Below the pieces are notes generated by a model. The model ran no database searches, had not been told where the DNA came from, and saw nothing but the letters and a program-made list of their open reading frames with translations. Positions 18,829 to 28,052 of a stretch of DNA of 32,000 nt are shown here, piece by piece. Source of the stretch: Delftia acidovorans NBRC 14950 (lineage in GTDB: Bacteria > Pseudomonadota > Gammaproteobacteria > Burkholderiales > Burkholderiaceae_C). How positions within the stretch are numbered: the stretch's first letter is position 1; each line of letters begins with the position of its first letter. The stretch is from the NCBI RefSeq assembly GCF_001598795.1, contig NZ_BCZP01000019.1, positions 60,001-92,000 of the forward strand, written 5' to 3'. Made by a program: the position numbers and the translations under genes.

Positions 18829-19587
18829 ATGCAGATCAAGGACCGGGTATTCATCGTCACGGGCGGCGCCTCCGGGCTGGGCGAAGGCACGGCGCGCATG
18901 CTGGCGGCCGAGGGCGGCAAGGTGGTGATTGCCGACATGCAGGCGGACAAGGGCGAGGCCGTGGCGCGCGAGATCGGTGGCGTCTTCGTCAAATGCGACG
19001 TGAGCCAGGAAGCCGATGGCCAGGCTGTGGTGGACAAGGCCGTGAGCCTGGGCAAGCTGGCAGGCCTGGTCAACTGCGCAGGCATTGCGCCCGCCGAGAA
19101 GACCGTGGGCAAGAACGGCGCGCACAACCTGGCGCTGTTCTCCAAGACCATCACGGTCAACCTGATCGGCAGCTTCAACATGATCCGCCTGGCCGCCACC
19201 GCCATGTCGGCCAACGAGCCCGAGAGCACGGGCGAGCGCGGCGTGCTGATCTCCACGGCCAGCGTGGCGGCCTACGACGGCCAGATCGGCCAGGCGGCGT
19301 ATGCGGCGTCCAAGGGCGGCGTGGTCGGCATGACGCTGCCCATTGCGCGCGACCTGGCGCGCAACGGCATCCGCAACATGACGATTGCCCCCGGCATCTT
19401 CGGCACGCCCATGCTGTTCGGCATGCCGCAGGAAGTGCAGGACGCGCTGGCCGCCGGCGTGCCCTTCCCCAGCCGCCTGGGCACGCCCCAGGACTATGCC
19501 AAGCTGGTGCGCCACATTCTGGACAACGACATGCTCAATGGCGAGGTGATCCGGCTGGATGGGGCCATTCGTCTGGCGCCGAGGTGA
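18829..19587 (+). CDS. SDR-family 3-hydroxyacyl-CoA (3-hydroxy-2-methylbutyryl-CoA) dehydrogenase
   Basis: Cofactor motif TGGASGLG and catalytic motif YAASKGG. The overall sequence resembles type-2 HADH, and AAGGAG precedes the ATG. Confidence 0.85.
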   Translation: MQIKDRVFIVTGGASGLGEGTARMLAAEGGKVVIADMQADKGEAVAREIGGVFVKCDVSQEADGQAVVDKAVSLGKLAGLVNCAGIAPAEKTVGKNGAHNLALFSKTITVNLIGSFNMIRLAATAMSANEPESTGERGVLISTASVAAYDGQIGQAAYAASKGGVVGMTLPIARDLARNGIRNMTIAPGIFGTPMLFGMPQEVQDALAAGVPFPSRLGTPQDYAKLVRHILDNDMLNGEVIRLDGAIRLAPR

Positions 19588-19613
19588 AGCCCCCCCTGAG
19601 CGGCTGCGCCGCT

Positions 19614-19647
19614 TCCCCCTCTCTACGCGCTTCGCGCGGGAGGGGGA
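19614..19647. repeat. GC-rich REP-like composite hairpin between convergent genes
   Basis: Outer stem TCCCCCTC / GAGGGGGA and inner stem CGCGC-TTC-GCGCG. There is no U-tract. It sits at the junction between the housekeeping genes and the siderophore genes. Confidence 0.4.
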
Positions 19648-19740
19648 CGACACCCTAGCGGCGGGGCGGCGCGGCCGGCATAGGCCCTTGCTCGGTGTCC
19701 CTCGCGTTGGGCCGCGCCGTTTTTGGAGATACGCGCGTTG

Positions 19741-20583
19741 TCAGGCCATGGTGCGTGCAGGCTCTTTGGCCATCATCTCCAGCCCCTTGCGCAATGCAGG
19801 GAACAGGCTGTGCTGGAAGTTGTTCCAGCGCAGCTCAAGAATCGTGTCTTGGGGATCAATGTCGGTGCCCAGCACGTCGGCGATGACTTCGCCGGAGTCG
19901 ATGCCGTTGTCCACGTAGTGAAAGGATGCGCCGGTCTTGAACAGGGGCGGGACCGGGCGCTGTTCCATGGTCTTCCAGTCCACGATCTTGTAGCCCTGCG
20001 CGCCATGCAGCGCGTCCAGCGTGGCACAGGCGCCCCGGCGTTCATAGGGCGACTCCAGGCGCGTGATGCCGGGGTGGATGTTGGCGATCCTGCGGTGGAA
20101 CAGGGCCCCGGGCCGCACGAGCCGGTCCAGGATGACGAGCAGGCCGTCCAGCACCACCCGCTCGGCACCGAGTTGCACCAGCCTGTCCTGCAGTTGCGCC
20201 TCGAACATCTGTTTGCCCGCGGCGCGCTGCGGATCGTTCAGCGGCAGGCGCCGGTAGGAAGACGGCACGGCCATGAGCAGGTCATTGACCCTGCGCCCCT
20301 GGATGCGCAGGTCCGGCGGATAGAACCAGCGGCCGCCAGGCTGGTAGCTGAAGCCGTAGTCGCCGATCTTTTCGCGGTCGCGCGGCGAGGCCTCGTCGTC
20401 GTCGTGGATCACGGCCTCCAGGCTGTAGATATCGCCCAGCGGGGTGGTGTCCAGCAGCTCGCCCAGGTATTCGAGCGGCGACTTCATGTAGCGCGTTGCG
20501 CCCTTGTAGGCGATGTGCTGGCCGGCCTGGTCGGCGGCGGCGTTTCTCAGGGACCAGATGTAGACGAGTTTTGTCTTTGCCAT
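19741..20583 (-). CDS. pvdF: N5-hydroxyornithine formyltransferase (PvdF-like, GART-fold)
   Basis: Motifs VVLDGLLVILD, NIHPGITR and GASFHYVDNGIDSGEVI. The ~280-aa length and the N-terminus MAKTKLVYIWSLRN resemble PvdF as I recall it. Confidence 0.8.
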   Translation of the reverse strand: MAKTKLVYIWSLRNAAADQAGQHIAYKGATRYMKSPLEYLGELLDTTPLGDIYSLEAVIHDDDEASPRDREKIGDYGFSYQPGGRWFYPPDLRIQGRRVNDLLMAVPSSYRRLPLNDPQRAAGKQMFEAQLQDRLVQLGAERVVLDGLLVILDRLVRPGALFHRRIANIHPGITRLESPYERRGACATLDALHGAQGYKIVDWKTMEQRPVPPLFKTGASFHYVDNGIDSGEVIADVLGTDIDPQDTILELRWNNFQHSLFPALRKGLEMMAKEPARTMA

Positions 20584-20604
20584 GTTCGTGGATTCAGCAG
20601 GAAT

Positions 20605-22320
<1,716 letters not shown>

Positions 22321-22421
22321 AAGGGATTCCTCTGGCGCCCGTGGGCGCATGACCTTGCAATGCCGGCGCGGCCCGGCGTTTCCTGGAGCGCGGCGCACGG
22401 CGAGCGCTCCCTACTCCCTGC

Positions 22422-22448
22422 AAGACGTGCGTGCGCCAAAAATGTTCA
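22422..22448 (-). promoter_or_regulatory. Putative ECF-type promoter S3 for the exporter/formyltransferase operon
   Basis: The minus strand reads TGAACA-TTTTTGGCGCACGCA-CGTCTT. This is the same hexamer and spacing as S1 and S2. Confidence 0.45.
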
Positions 22449-22460
22449 CCGCCCAGGCGA

Positions 22461-22487
22461 TGAACAAATTCCGCCGCCCTGCGTCAT
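22461..22487 (+). promoter_or_regulatory. Putative ECF-type promoter S1 for the esterase gene
   Basis: TGAACA-AATTCCGCCGCCCTG-CGTCAT, ending 78 nt upstream of the ATG at 22566. Confidence 0.45.
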
Positions 22488-22565
22488 CACGAAGAAGGGG
22501 CAGCGCGGGCGCCATGCCCTGCACCGGCCCGCCCTGCCTTGTCTGCCGCACACCCGAAGGACGCC

Positions 22566-23531
22566 ATGGCTCTCCACCCCGACCTGCAAGCATTTCTTGA
22601 ACTCGCCAACGCCCAGGCATCCAGCCGCCCGCGCATGAGCCAGATGACGGCAGCGCAGGCGCGCGCCGCCTACGACAACGCCACGCTGGCGCTGGACCTG
22701 CCGGGCGACGATCTGCCCACCGAGGACCTGGATCTGCCCACGCGCGACGGCGCGCGTATCCGTGCCCGGCTCTACCGCGCAGCCCCTGAACACACAGCCG
22801 CGCCCTGCCTGCTGTTCCTTCACGGCGGCGGCTACGTGCTGGGCGGGCTCGACTCGCATGACAGCCTGTGCCGCAGCCTGGCGCTGGGCACGCCCTGCAA
22901 TGTGCTGGCCATCGACTACCGGCTGGCGCCAGAGCACCGCTTTCCCACAGCCTTCCTCGACGCACAGGACGCCCTGGCCTGGCTGCTGGAGCACGGCGGC
23001 CGCCATGGCCTGGACGCGCAGCGCCTGGCCATTGGCGGCGACAGCGTCGGGGGCACGCTGGCCACGGCCCTGTGCATCGCCGCACGCGACGCGGGCATGC
23101 CCCAGCCCTTGCTGCAGTTGCTGCTCTACCCCTGCACGGCAGCGCAGCAGGACAGCGACTCGCATGCGCGCCTGGCCACCGGCCATCTGCTGGAAGGTGA
23201 CACCCTGGCCTGGATGTTCGGCCAATACCTGCGCAGCGATGCGGACCGGCAGGACTGGCGCTTTGCCCCCCTGCAGGCATCCGACCTGGGCCGGCTGGCC
23301 CCCACGCTGATGGTGCTGGCCGAGTACGACCCGCTGATCGACGAAGGAAAGCGCTATGCCGAGCGGCTGCAGGCCGCCGGCGTGGCCGTGGACCTGCAGA
23401 TCTACGCCGGCATGGTCCATGACTTTGCGCGGCTGGGCGCCCTCACCGAAGAGACCGAGGTGCTGCGCGACAGGCTCTGCAAGGCACTGGCCCATGCCTT
23501 CCAGGCGGCCCGCAGCCCGGCCCTGGCATGA
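22566..23531 (+). CDS. Alpha/beta-hydrolase fold-3 esterase (HSL/family IV)
   Basis: Oxyanion motif HGGGY, nucleophile elbow GDSVGG, and downstream catalytic-type Asp (EYDPLID) and His (MVHDF). The ATG at 22566 has a GAAGGA RBS. Confidence 0.8.
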   Translation: MALHPDLQAFLELANAQASSRPRMSQMTAAQARAAYDNATLALDLPGDDLPTEDLDLPTRDGARIRARLYRAAPEHTAAPCLLFLHGGGYVLGGLDSHDSLCRSLALGTPCNVLAIDYRLAPEHRFPTAFLDAQDALAWLLEHGGRHGLDAQRLAIGGDSVGGTLATALCIAARDAGMPQPLLQLLLYPCTAAQQDSDSHARLATGHLLEGDTLAWMFGQYLRSDADRQDWRFAPLQASDLGRLAPTLMVLAEYDPLIDEGKRYAERLQAAGVAVDLQIYAGMVHDFARLGALTEETEVLRDRLCKALAHAFQAARSPALA

Positions 23532-23548
23532 ACGGCCCTGGCATGAAC
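23519..23548. repeat. Perfect 15-bp tandem duplication GGCCCTGGCATGAAC x2 spanning the esterase stop codon
   Basis: Read directly: copy 1 is 23519-23533 and copy 2 is 23534-23548. Confidence 0.9.
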
Positions 23549-23570
23549 ATTTGCCGCGCCTGCGCGTCAT
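23544..23570 (+). promoter_or_regulatory. Putative ECF-type promoter S2 for the acetyltransferase/hydroxylase genes
   Basis: TGAACA-TTTGCCGCGCCTGCG-CGTCAT. The -35 box lies inside copy 2 of the 15-bp duplication. Confidence 0.45.
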
Positions 23571-23586
23571 CCCGGTCATGAGGCTG

Positions 23587-23649
23587 CCTTGCGTTCCTTG
23601 CGTTCCTTGCGTTCCTTGCGTCCCTTGCGCCCCTTGTGCCCTTGCCCCC
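23587..23649. repeat. 9-bp tandem repeat array (CCTTGCGTT x3, then CCTTGCGTC, CCTTGCGCC, CCTTGTGCC, CTTGCCCCC)
   Basis: Read directly: three perfect units followed by progressively degenerate ones. The array is intergenic, in the leader between S2 and the acetyltransferase start. Confidence 0.9.
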
Positions 23650-23692
23650 ATCCGTGTCCCGCACGCGGGGCACTCCATCTGAAAGAGTCCAC

Positions 23693-24805
23693 GTGCGTCC
23701 AGTCGAAGCCACCGCTACACCGTCACCAGACGCCTCCGGCGCCAGCTATCTTGCGCATGCAGGCGCCGAGACGATCAGCGTCTTCGGCGATGGACAGCGG
23801 CTGCGCCTGGAACGTTCGGGGTCCGTGGATGCCGGCAGGCCCGGCAAGCCCAGTCTCTGGAACCTGTCGCCCACGGCCGCGCCAGGCCTGATGCAGCTGC
23901 AATGGCTGGGGCCCTGCTCGGGCATGCCCGAAGCGGATGAACTGCTGGCCGCGCTGCAGGCCGGTTTCGGCCTGCATCCCGATGTGCAAGCCATCGAACT
24001 GTCCCTGCCCCGGCTGCCGCCCGGCCTGCGCGACAGCATTGCCACAGTGCAGCCGGGCCAGGCCCCGTGCGTGGCAAGAAGCGTGCTGTGGCAGCAGCCC
24101 CTGTGGCTGCCCCGCCCGCGCCCACCCTATGCGCTGCACTACACGATCAGCGAAGGCCGGCGCCACCCCGTGCGCCTGCACAAGCCGCGCGGCGAGGTCT
24201 ACCGCCGCTTCATCCCCTGGCTGGGCCGCACGCTGAGCTTTCGCACCGTGGAGCCCGAGGCCGACCTGCCCCTCATCCACCGCTGGATGAACGACCCGGT
24301 CGTCGCGCATTTCTGGGAGGAAAGCGGCGACCTTGCCCACCACCGCGCCTACCTGCAGCGCATGGCCGGCGACCCGCATGCGCTCGGCCTCATCGGCTGC
24401 TTCGACGGCGAGCCCTTCGGCTACTTCGAGGCCTACTGGGCCAAGGAAGACCGCATCGCCCCCTTCTATGACGCGGGCGACCATGACCGGGGCTGGCATG
24501 CGCTGGTGGGCGAGGCGCGGTTTCGCGGCCAGCCCTACCTGACGGCATGGCTGCCCTCGCTGTCGCACTACCTCTTTCTGGACGACTGCCGCACGCAGCG
24601 CATCGTCGTGGAGCCGCGCGCCGACAACCGAAAGATGCGCAAAAGCCTGCCGCGCTGCGGCTATGCGCTGGTCAAGGAATTCGACTTCCCGCACAAGCGC
24701 GCCGTGCTGGGAGTCCTGCTCAGGGAACGCTTTTTCGCAGACGCCTTGTGGATACCGCAGCCCGACGCAGCCGCGCCGGACGCACTGGACGCATCGACCC
24801 AATGA
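23693..24805 (+). CDS. iucB: N-hydroxy-amine (N5-hydroxyornithine/N6-hydroxylysine) acetyltransferase, IucB family
   Basis: Motifs GEVYRRFIPWLGRTLSFR, RWMNDPVVAHFWEESG, LIGCFDGEPFGYFEAYWAKEDRI and EFDFPHKR resemble IucB across the full length. The start is uncertain: GTG at 23693 (AAAGAG RBS), with in-frame GTGs also at 23654 and 23636. Confidence 0.8.
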   Translation: MRPVEATATPSPDASGASYLAHAGAETISVFGDGQRLRLERSGSVDAGRPGKPSLWNLSPTAAPGLMQLQWLGPCSGMPEADELLAALQAGFGLHPDVQAIELSLPRLPPGLRDSIATVQPGQAPCVARSVLWQQPLWLPRPRPPYALHYTISEGRRHPVRLHKPRGEVYRRFIPWLGRTLSFRTVEPEADLPLIHRWMNDPVVAHFWEESGDLAHHRAYLQRMAGDPHALGLIGCFDGEPFGYFEAYWAKEDRIAPFYDAGDHDRGWHALVGEARFRGQPYLTAWLPSLSHYLFLDDCRTQRIVVEPRADNRKMRKSLPRCGYALVKEFDFPHKRAVLGVLLRERFFADALWIPQPDAAAPDALDASTQ

Positions 24806-24816
24806 AAGGACCTTCC

Positions 24817-26115
24817 ATGCAAACCCACCCGCTGATCGGCATCGGCTTCGGCCCCTCCAACATTGCCCTGGCCATCGCCCTCAAGGAGCGCGAAACCACC
24901 GCGCGGGCCATGCACCCCGTCTTCATCGAAAAGCAGCCGCGCTTCGCCTGGCACCGGGACATGCTGCTGGAGCAGGCCCACATGCAGGTGTCCTTCCTCA
25001 AGGACCTGGCCACGCTGCGCAACCCCACCAGCCGCTTCACCTTCATCAACTACCTGCACGAGAAGGGCCGGCTGCAGGACTTCATCAACCTCAAGACCTT
25101 CTTTCCCAGCCGCCACGAGTTCAACGACTACCTGGCCTGGGCCGCCTCCAAGTTCGAGGACCGCTGCGTCTACGGCCAGGAAGTCATCGAGGTGCTGCCT
25201 GAAAAACGCGACGGCAAGGTGGAGCTGCTGCGCGTGCGCTCGCGCGATGCGGCCGGCAACGTGCATGAGCGCCTGGGCCAGAACCTGGTCATGAGCATCG
25301 GCGGCACGCCCAGCATTCCCGAGCAGTTCAAGGCCCTGCGCGGCGACGCGCGCGTCTTCCACTCCAGCGCCTACCTGCGCAGCATTGCCGAGCATGCCAG
25401 GCCGCTGCGCATCGCCGTCGTGGGCGCGGGCCAGAGCGCCGCCGAAATCTTCATGGACCTGCACGGCCGCTACGCCACGGCCGAGATCGACCTGGTCATG
25501 CGCGCCCGCTCCATCCGCCCCTCGGACGACAGCCCCTTCGTCAACGAAATCTTCAACGCCGACTTCGTGGACCATGTCTACAGCCGCCCGCACGACGAGC
25601 GCGGCGCCCTGCTGCGCGAGTTCTGGCACACCAACTACGCCTGTCCCGACCTGGAACTGATCGAGAGCATCTTCAAGGTGTTCTATGAACAGAAGGTCGT
25701 CGGCGACACGCGCCACCGCTTCCTGCGCCGCCACGAGGTGCAGGAAGTGCGCGCCGCCGGCGACGGCATCCACCTGGGCCTGCGCGATCTCAACAGCGGC
25801 ATCGACCATGCATCGCGCTACGACGTGGTGGTGCTGGCCACCGGCTATGCGCGCGAGCACCACAAGACCCTGCTGGACCCGCTGGCCCCCTACCTGGGCG
25901 ACTTCTCCGTGAGCCGCGACTACCAGGTGCACACCACGCCGGACTTTCGCCCCGCCATCTTCCTGCAGGGCGCCTGCGAGGGCTCCCACGGCCTCAGCGA
26001 CACCCTGCTGTCCGTCACTTCGGTGCGCACCGGCGAAATCGGTGAAGCCCTGCTGGCAGCGCAAGCCCAAAGACCCGATGTTGCGCGCACAGAACAGCTG
26101 GCGCTGCAGGATTGA
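24817..26115 (+). CDS. pvdA: L-ornithine N5-monooxygenase (PvdA/SidA/IucD family)
   Basis: FAD motif LIGIGFGPSNIALAIAL, NADPH motif VVGAGQSAAE and the ATGY motif. The ATG at 24817 follows an AAAGGA RBS. An alternative ATG at 24802 overlaps the iucB-like stop (ATGA). Confidence 0.9.
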   Translation: MQTHPLIGIGFGPSNIALAIALKERETTARAMHPVFIEKQPRFAWHRDMLLEQAHMQVSFLKDLATLRNPTSRFTFINYLHEKGRLQDFINLKTFFPSRHEFNDYLAWAASKFEDRCVYGQEVIEVLPEKRDGKVELLRVRSRDAAGNVHERLGQNLVMSIGGTPSIPEQFKALRGDARVFHSSAYLRSIAEHARPLRIAVVGAGQSAAEIFMDLHGRYATAEIDLVMRARSIRPSDDSPFVNEIFNADFVDHVYSRPHDERGALLREFWHTNYACPDLELIESIFKVFYEQKVVGDTRHRFLRRHEVQEVRAAGDGIHLGLRDLNSGIDHASRYDVVVLATGYAREHHKTLLDPLAPYLGDFSVSRDYQVHTTPDFRPAIFLQGACEGSHGLSDTLLSVTSVRTGEIGEALLAAQAQRPDVARTEQLALQD

Positions 26116-26164
26116 AAGATCGCACAGGGCATGATGGCGCAGGGATCTCCCATGCCATAATTTG

Positions 26165-26183
26165 AATGCAAACCATTTGCATT
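26165..26183. promoter_or_regulatory. Fur-box-like 19-bp palindrome upstream of the ECF sigma gene
   Basis: AATGCAAAC-C-ATTTGCATT, with 8 of 9 arm positions complementary. The core TGCAAACCATTTGCA matches the 7-1-7 Fur motif TGATAATnATTATCA at 10 of 14 positions. It abuts a possible sigma-70 promoter (-35 TTGAAC at 26183-26188, weak -10 CTGAAT at 26206-26211). Confidence 0.45.
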
Positions 26184-26329
26184 TGAACTTGAATCACCTG
26201 CGCCGCTGAATCCCATACCCGCTGCTGCACCGCCCCGGCCCTGGCCGGGGTTGCAGCATCCGGTAGGCCCTTCTCTGTACGGACCCAGGGGTTCCAACCC
26301 ATCGCCCTTGCGGAAAGGCAGGTATCCGG

Positions 26330-26929
26330 ATGCGTGACCTGATCCAGGAACTCGTGGCTCACTATGGCGATCTGCGCCGCCAGCTCACGCGCGATCTCCG
26401 AGATCCGCACTATGCGGCCGACATCGCGCAATCGAGCTTCGAGCGGGTCTATGTGCACGCCCTGGGCCTGCGCAGCGGCAAGAAGGCCGAAACCCTGCCC
26501 GACGCCGGCATCGAATCCCCACGCGCCCTGCTGTTTCGCGTGGCACGCAATCTGTGCATCGACGATGCGCGCAAGCGCAAGACCGCCCAGGAATGGACGC
26601 GCCAGCAAATGGTGGTGCAGCACAGTGCGCCCTCCAGCGAAACCCTGGCCGCCCAGCGCCAGATCCTGAACCGCGTCGTCCAGGCGCTGGAAGGCCTGCC
26701 GCCGCGCCGGCGCGAAGTCTTCATCCTCTTTCGCGCCCATGGCTACACGCGCGCGGAAATCGCCGACCAGCTCAACATCACCGAAATGGCCGTCGCCAAG
26801 CACATGGTGCGCGCCACGCTGGACTGCTCGCGCGTGCTGGCCCAGCTGCGCTCCGAACTGATCGAGGACCATGCGCTGGGCAGCGCCATGGATTTCGACA
26901 ACAGTACACTGACCGACGACGCATCCTGA
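26330..26929 (+). CDS. ECF RNA polymerase sigma factor, FecI-like (iron-starvation type)
   Basis: Region 2 (..FERVYVH..LLFRVARNLCIDDARKR) and a region 4.2 HTH (YTRAEIADQLNITEMAVAKHMVRA). A FecR-type gene follows directly. Confidence 0.85.
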   Translation: MRDLIQELVAHYGDLRRQLTRDLRDPHYAADIAQSSFERVYVHALGLRSGKKAETLPDAGIESPRALLFRVARNLCIDDARKRKTAQEWTRQQMVVQHSAPSSETLAAQRQILNRVVQALEGLPPRRREVFILFRAHGYTRAEIADQLNITEMAVAKHMVRATLDCSRVLAQLRSELIEDHALGSAMDFDNSTLTDDAS

Positions 26930-26941
26930 CTCCCCCTTTCC

Positions 26942-27976
26942 ATGGCAAGTGCACCTAGCGAGCGCATGGTCGAGCATGCGCTGACGCTGATCGTTCAAAG
27001 CGAAATCGCTCCCGACCCGGTGGCCGACCAGGCCCGCCTGACCCTGGGCGAATGGCGCGGGAAATCAGCCCGGCACGATGCCGCCGCACGCGAGGCGCAC
27101 CTGCGCTGGAACCTGCTGGGCGGCATGTCCGGCGGCCTGCGCGAGCAGTTCCAGGAAACCGCCCTGCTGGCCGACCGGGCCTCGCGCTCCACCCAGACCG
27201 TCCGGCGCCGCAAGCTGCTGCTGTCCTTCGCCGGGCTGCTGGGCACAGGCGCGCTGGCGGGCCGGGGCGCCTACTGGTACTGGCAGCAGCCCATCCACAC
27301 CTCGGCCTACGCCACGCGCAACTCGCAAATCCTCAAGATCACTCTGGCCGACGGCAAGCTGCCGCTGCAGGCCAGCCTGGTGGAACTGGCGCCCCAGAGC
27401 GCCATTGCCGTGACGCTCTACCGCCAGCGCCGCAGCGTGTCCATGGCCCGGGGCGAAGTGCGATTCGACGTGGCCCCCGATCCCGACCGGCCCTTCGAGG
27501 TCATCACGCGCGAGGCGCGCATCGAGGTCGTGGGCACGGTCTTCACCGTGCGCGACCGCGGCGGCCCCGTCACCGTGGGAGTGGAGCATGGCCATGTCAG
27601 GGTCCGCGTGCTGGGCAGGGATGCGCAGGATGCGACGGGCCCGGCGGCGGCAACGCTGGACCTGCTGCCCGGCCAGATCGTGGACATCCGCAACGGCCAG
27701 GCCGAGGCCGTGCGCCAGGCCGATGCCGCCACGCTGTCCGCCTGGCGCGAAGGCTGGCTGGTCTTCGAGAACACCCCGCTGGCCGAGGCCCTTGCCACGG
27801 TCAACGCCTACCGCACCCAGCCCATCGAAGCCGCCGATGCGCGCGTGGCCGCGCTGCGCCTGACCGGGCGCTTTCGCGCCAATGACTCGGCCGGCCTGCT
27901 GGCCGTGCTGCCGTCCATCCTGCCGCTGAGGGTGCGCCTGCAGGCCGGTGGCGGCGTGCAGTTGCAGGCGCTCTGA
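26942..27976 (+). CDS. FecR-family transmembrane anti-sigma/signal-transducing factor
   Basis: N-terminal sigma-binding segment, one TM segment (LLLSFAGLLGTGALAG), a FecR domain (ARIEVVGTVFTVRDRGG) and a C-terminal receptor-contact region. Confidence 0.85.
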   Translation: MASAPSERMVEHALTLIVQSEIAPDPVADQARLTLGEWRGKSARHDAAAREAHLRWNLLGGMSGGLREQFQETALLADRASRSTQTVRRRKLLLSFAGLLGTGALAGRGAYWYWQQPIHTSAYATRNSQILKITLADGKLPLQASLVELAPQSAIAVTLYRQRRSVSMARGEVRFDVAPDPDRPFEVITREARIEVVGTVFTVRDRGGPVTVGVEHGHVRVRVLGRDAQDATGPAAATLDLLPGQIVDIRNGQAEAVRQADAATLSAWREGWLVFENTPLAEALATVNAYRTQPIEAADARVAALRLTGRFRANDSAGLLAVLPSILPLRVRLQAGGGVQLQAL

Positions 27977-28000
27977 ACGGCGCCTTCGGTTCCCCGACAA

Positions 28001-28036
28001 AGAAAAGGCCACGGCCGGATCGCTCCAGCCGTGGCC
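28001..28036 (-). terminator. Rho-independent terminator of the receptor gene (hairpin shared with the convergent fecR-like gene)
   Basis: Stem GGCCACGGC (28007-28015) pairs with GCCGTGGCC (28028-28036) around a 12-nt loop. On the minus strand it is followed by TTTTCTTTG. Confidence 0.65.
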
Positions 28037-28052
28037 CATGGCCCATGCCCGC

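Noticed and set aside
22443-22466. Inverted repeat TGTTCA-N12-TGAACA in the divergent intergenic region, first read as an operator for a dimeric regulator.
   Set aside because: Each half lies exactly 15 nt from a CGTC element on its own strand and matches site S2. The simpler reading is therefore two divergent -35 boxes. A shared operator cannot be fully excluded.
23587-23649. The 9-bp repeat array considered as a CRISPR-like or minisatellite element.
   Set aside because: The units are directly adjacent with no spacers, are far too short for CRISPR repeats, and no cas genes are present. It is kept only as a simple tandem repeat.
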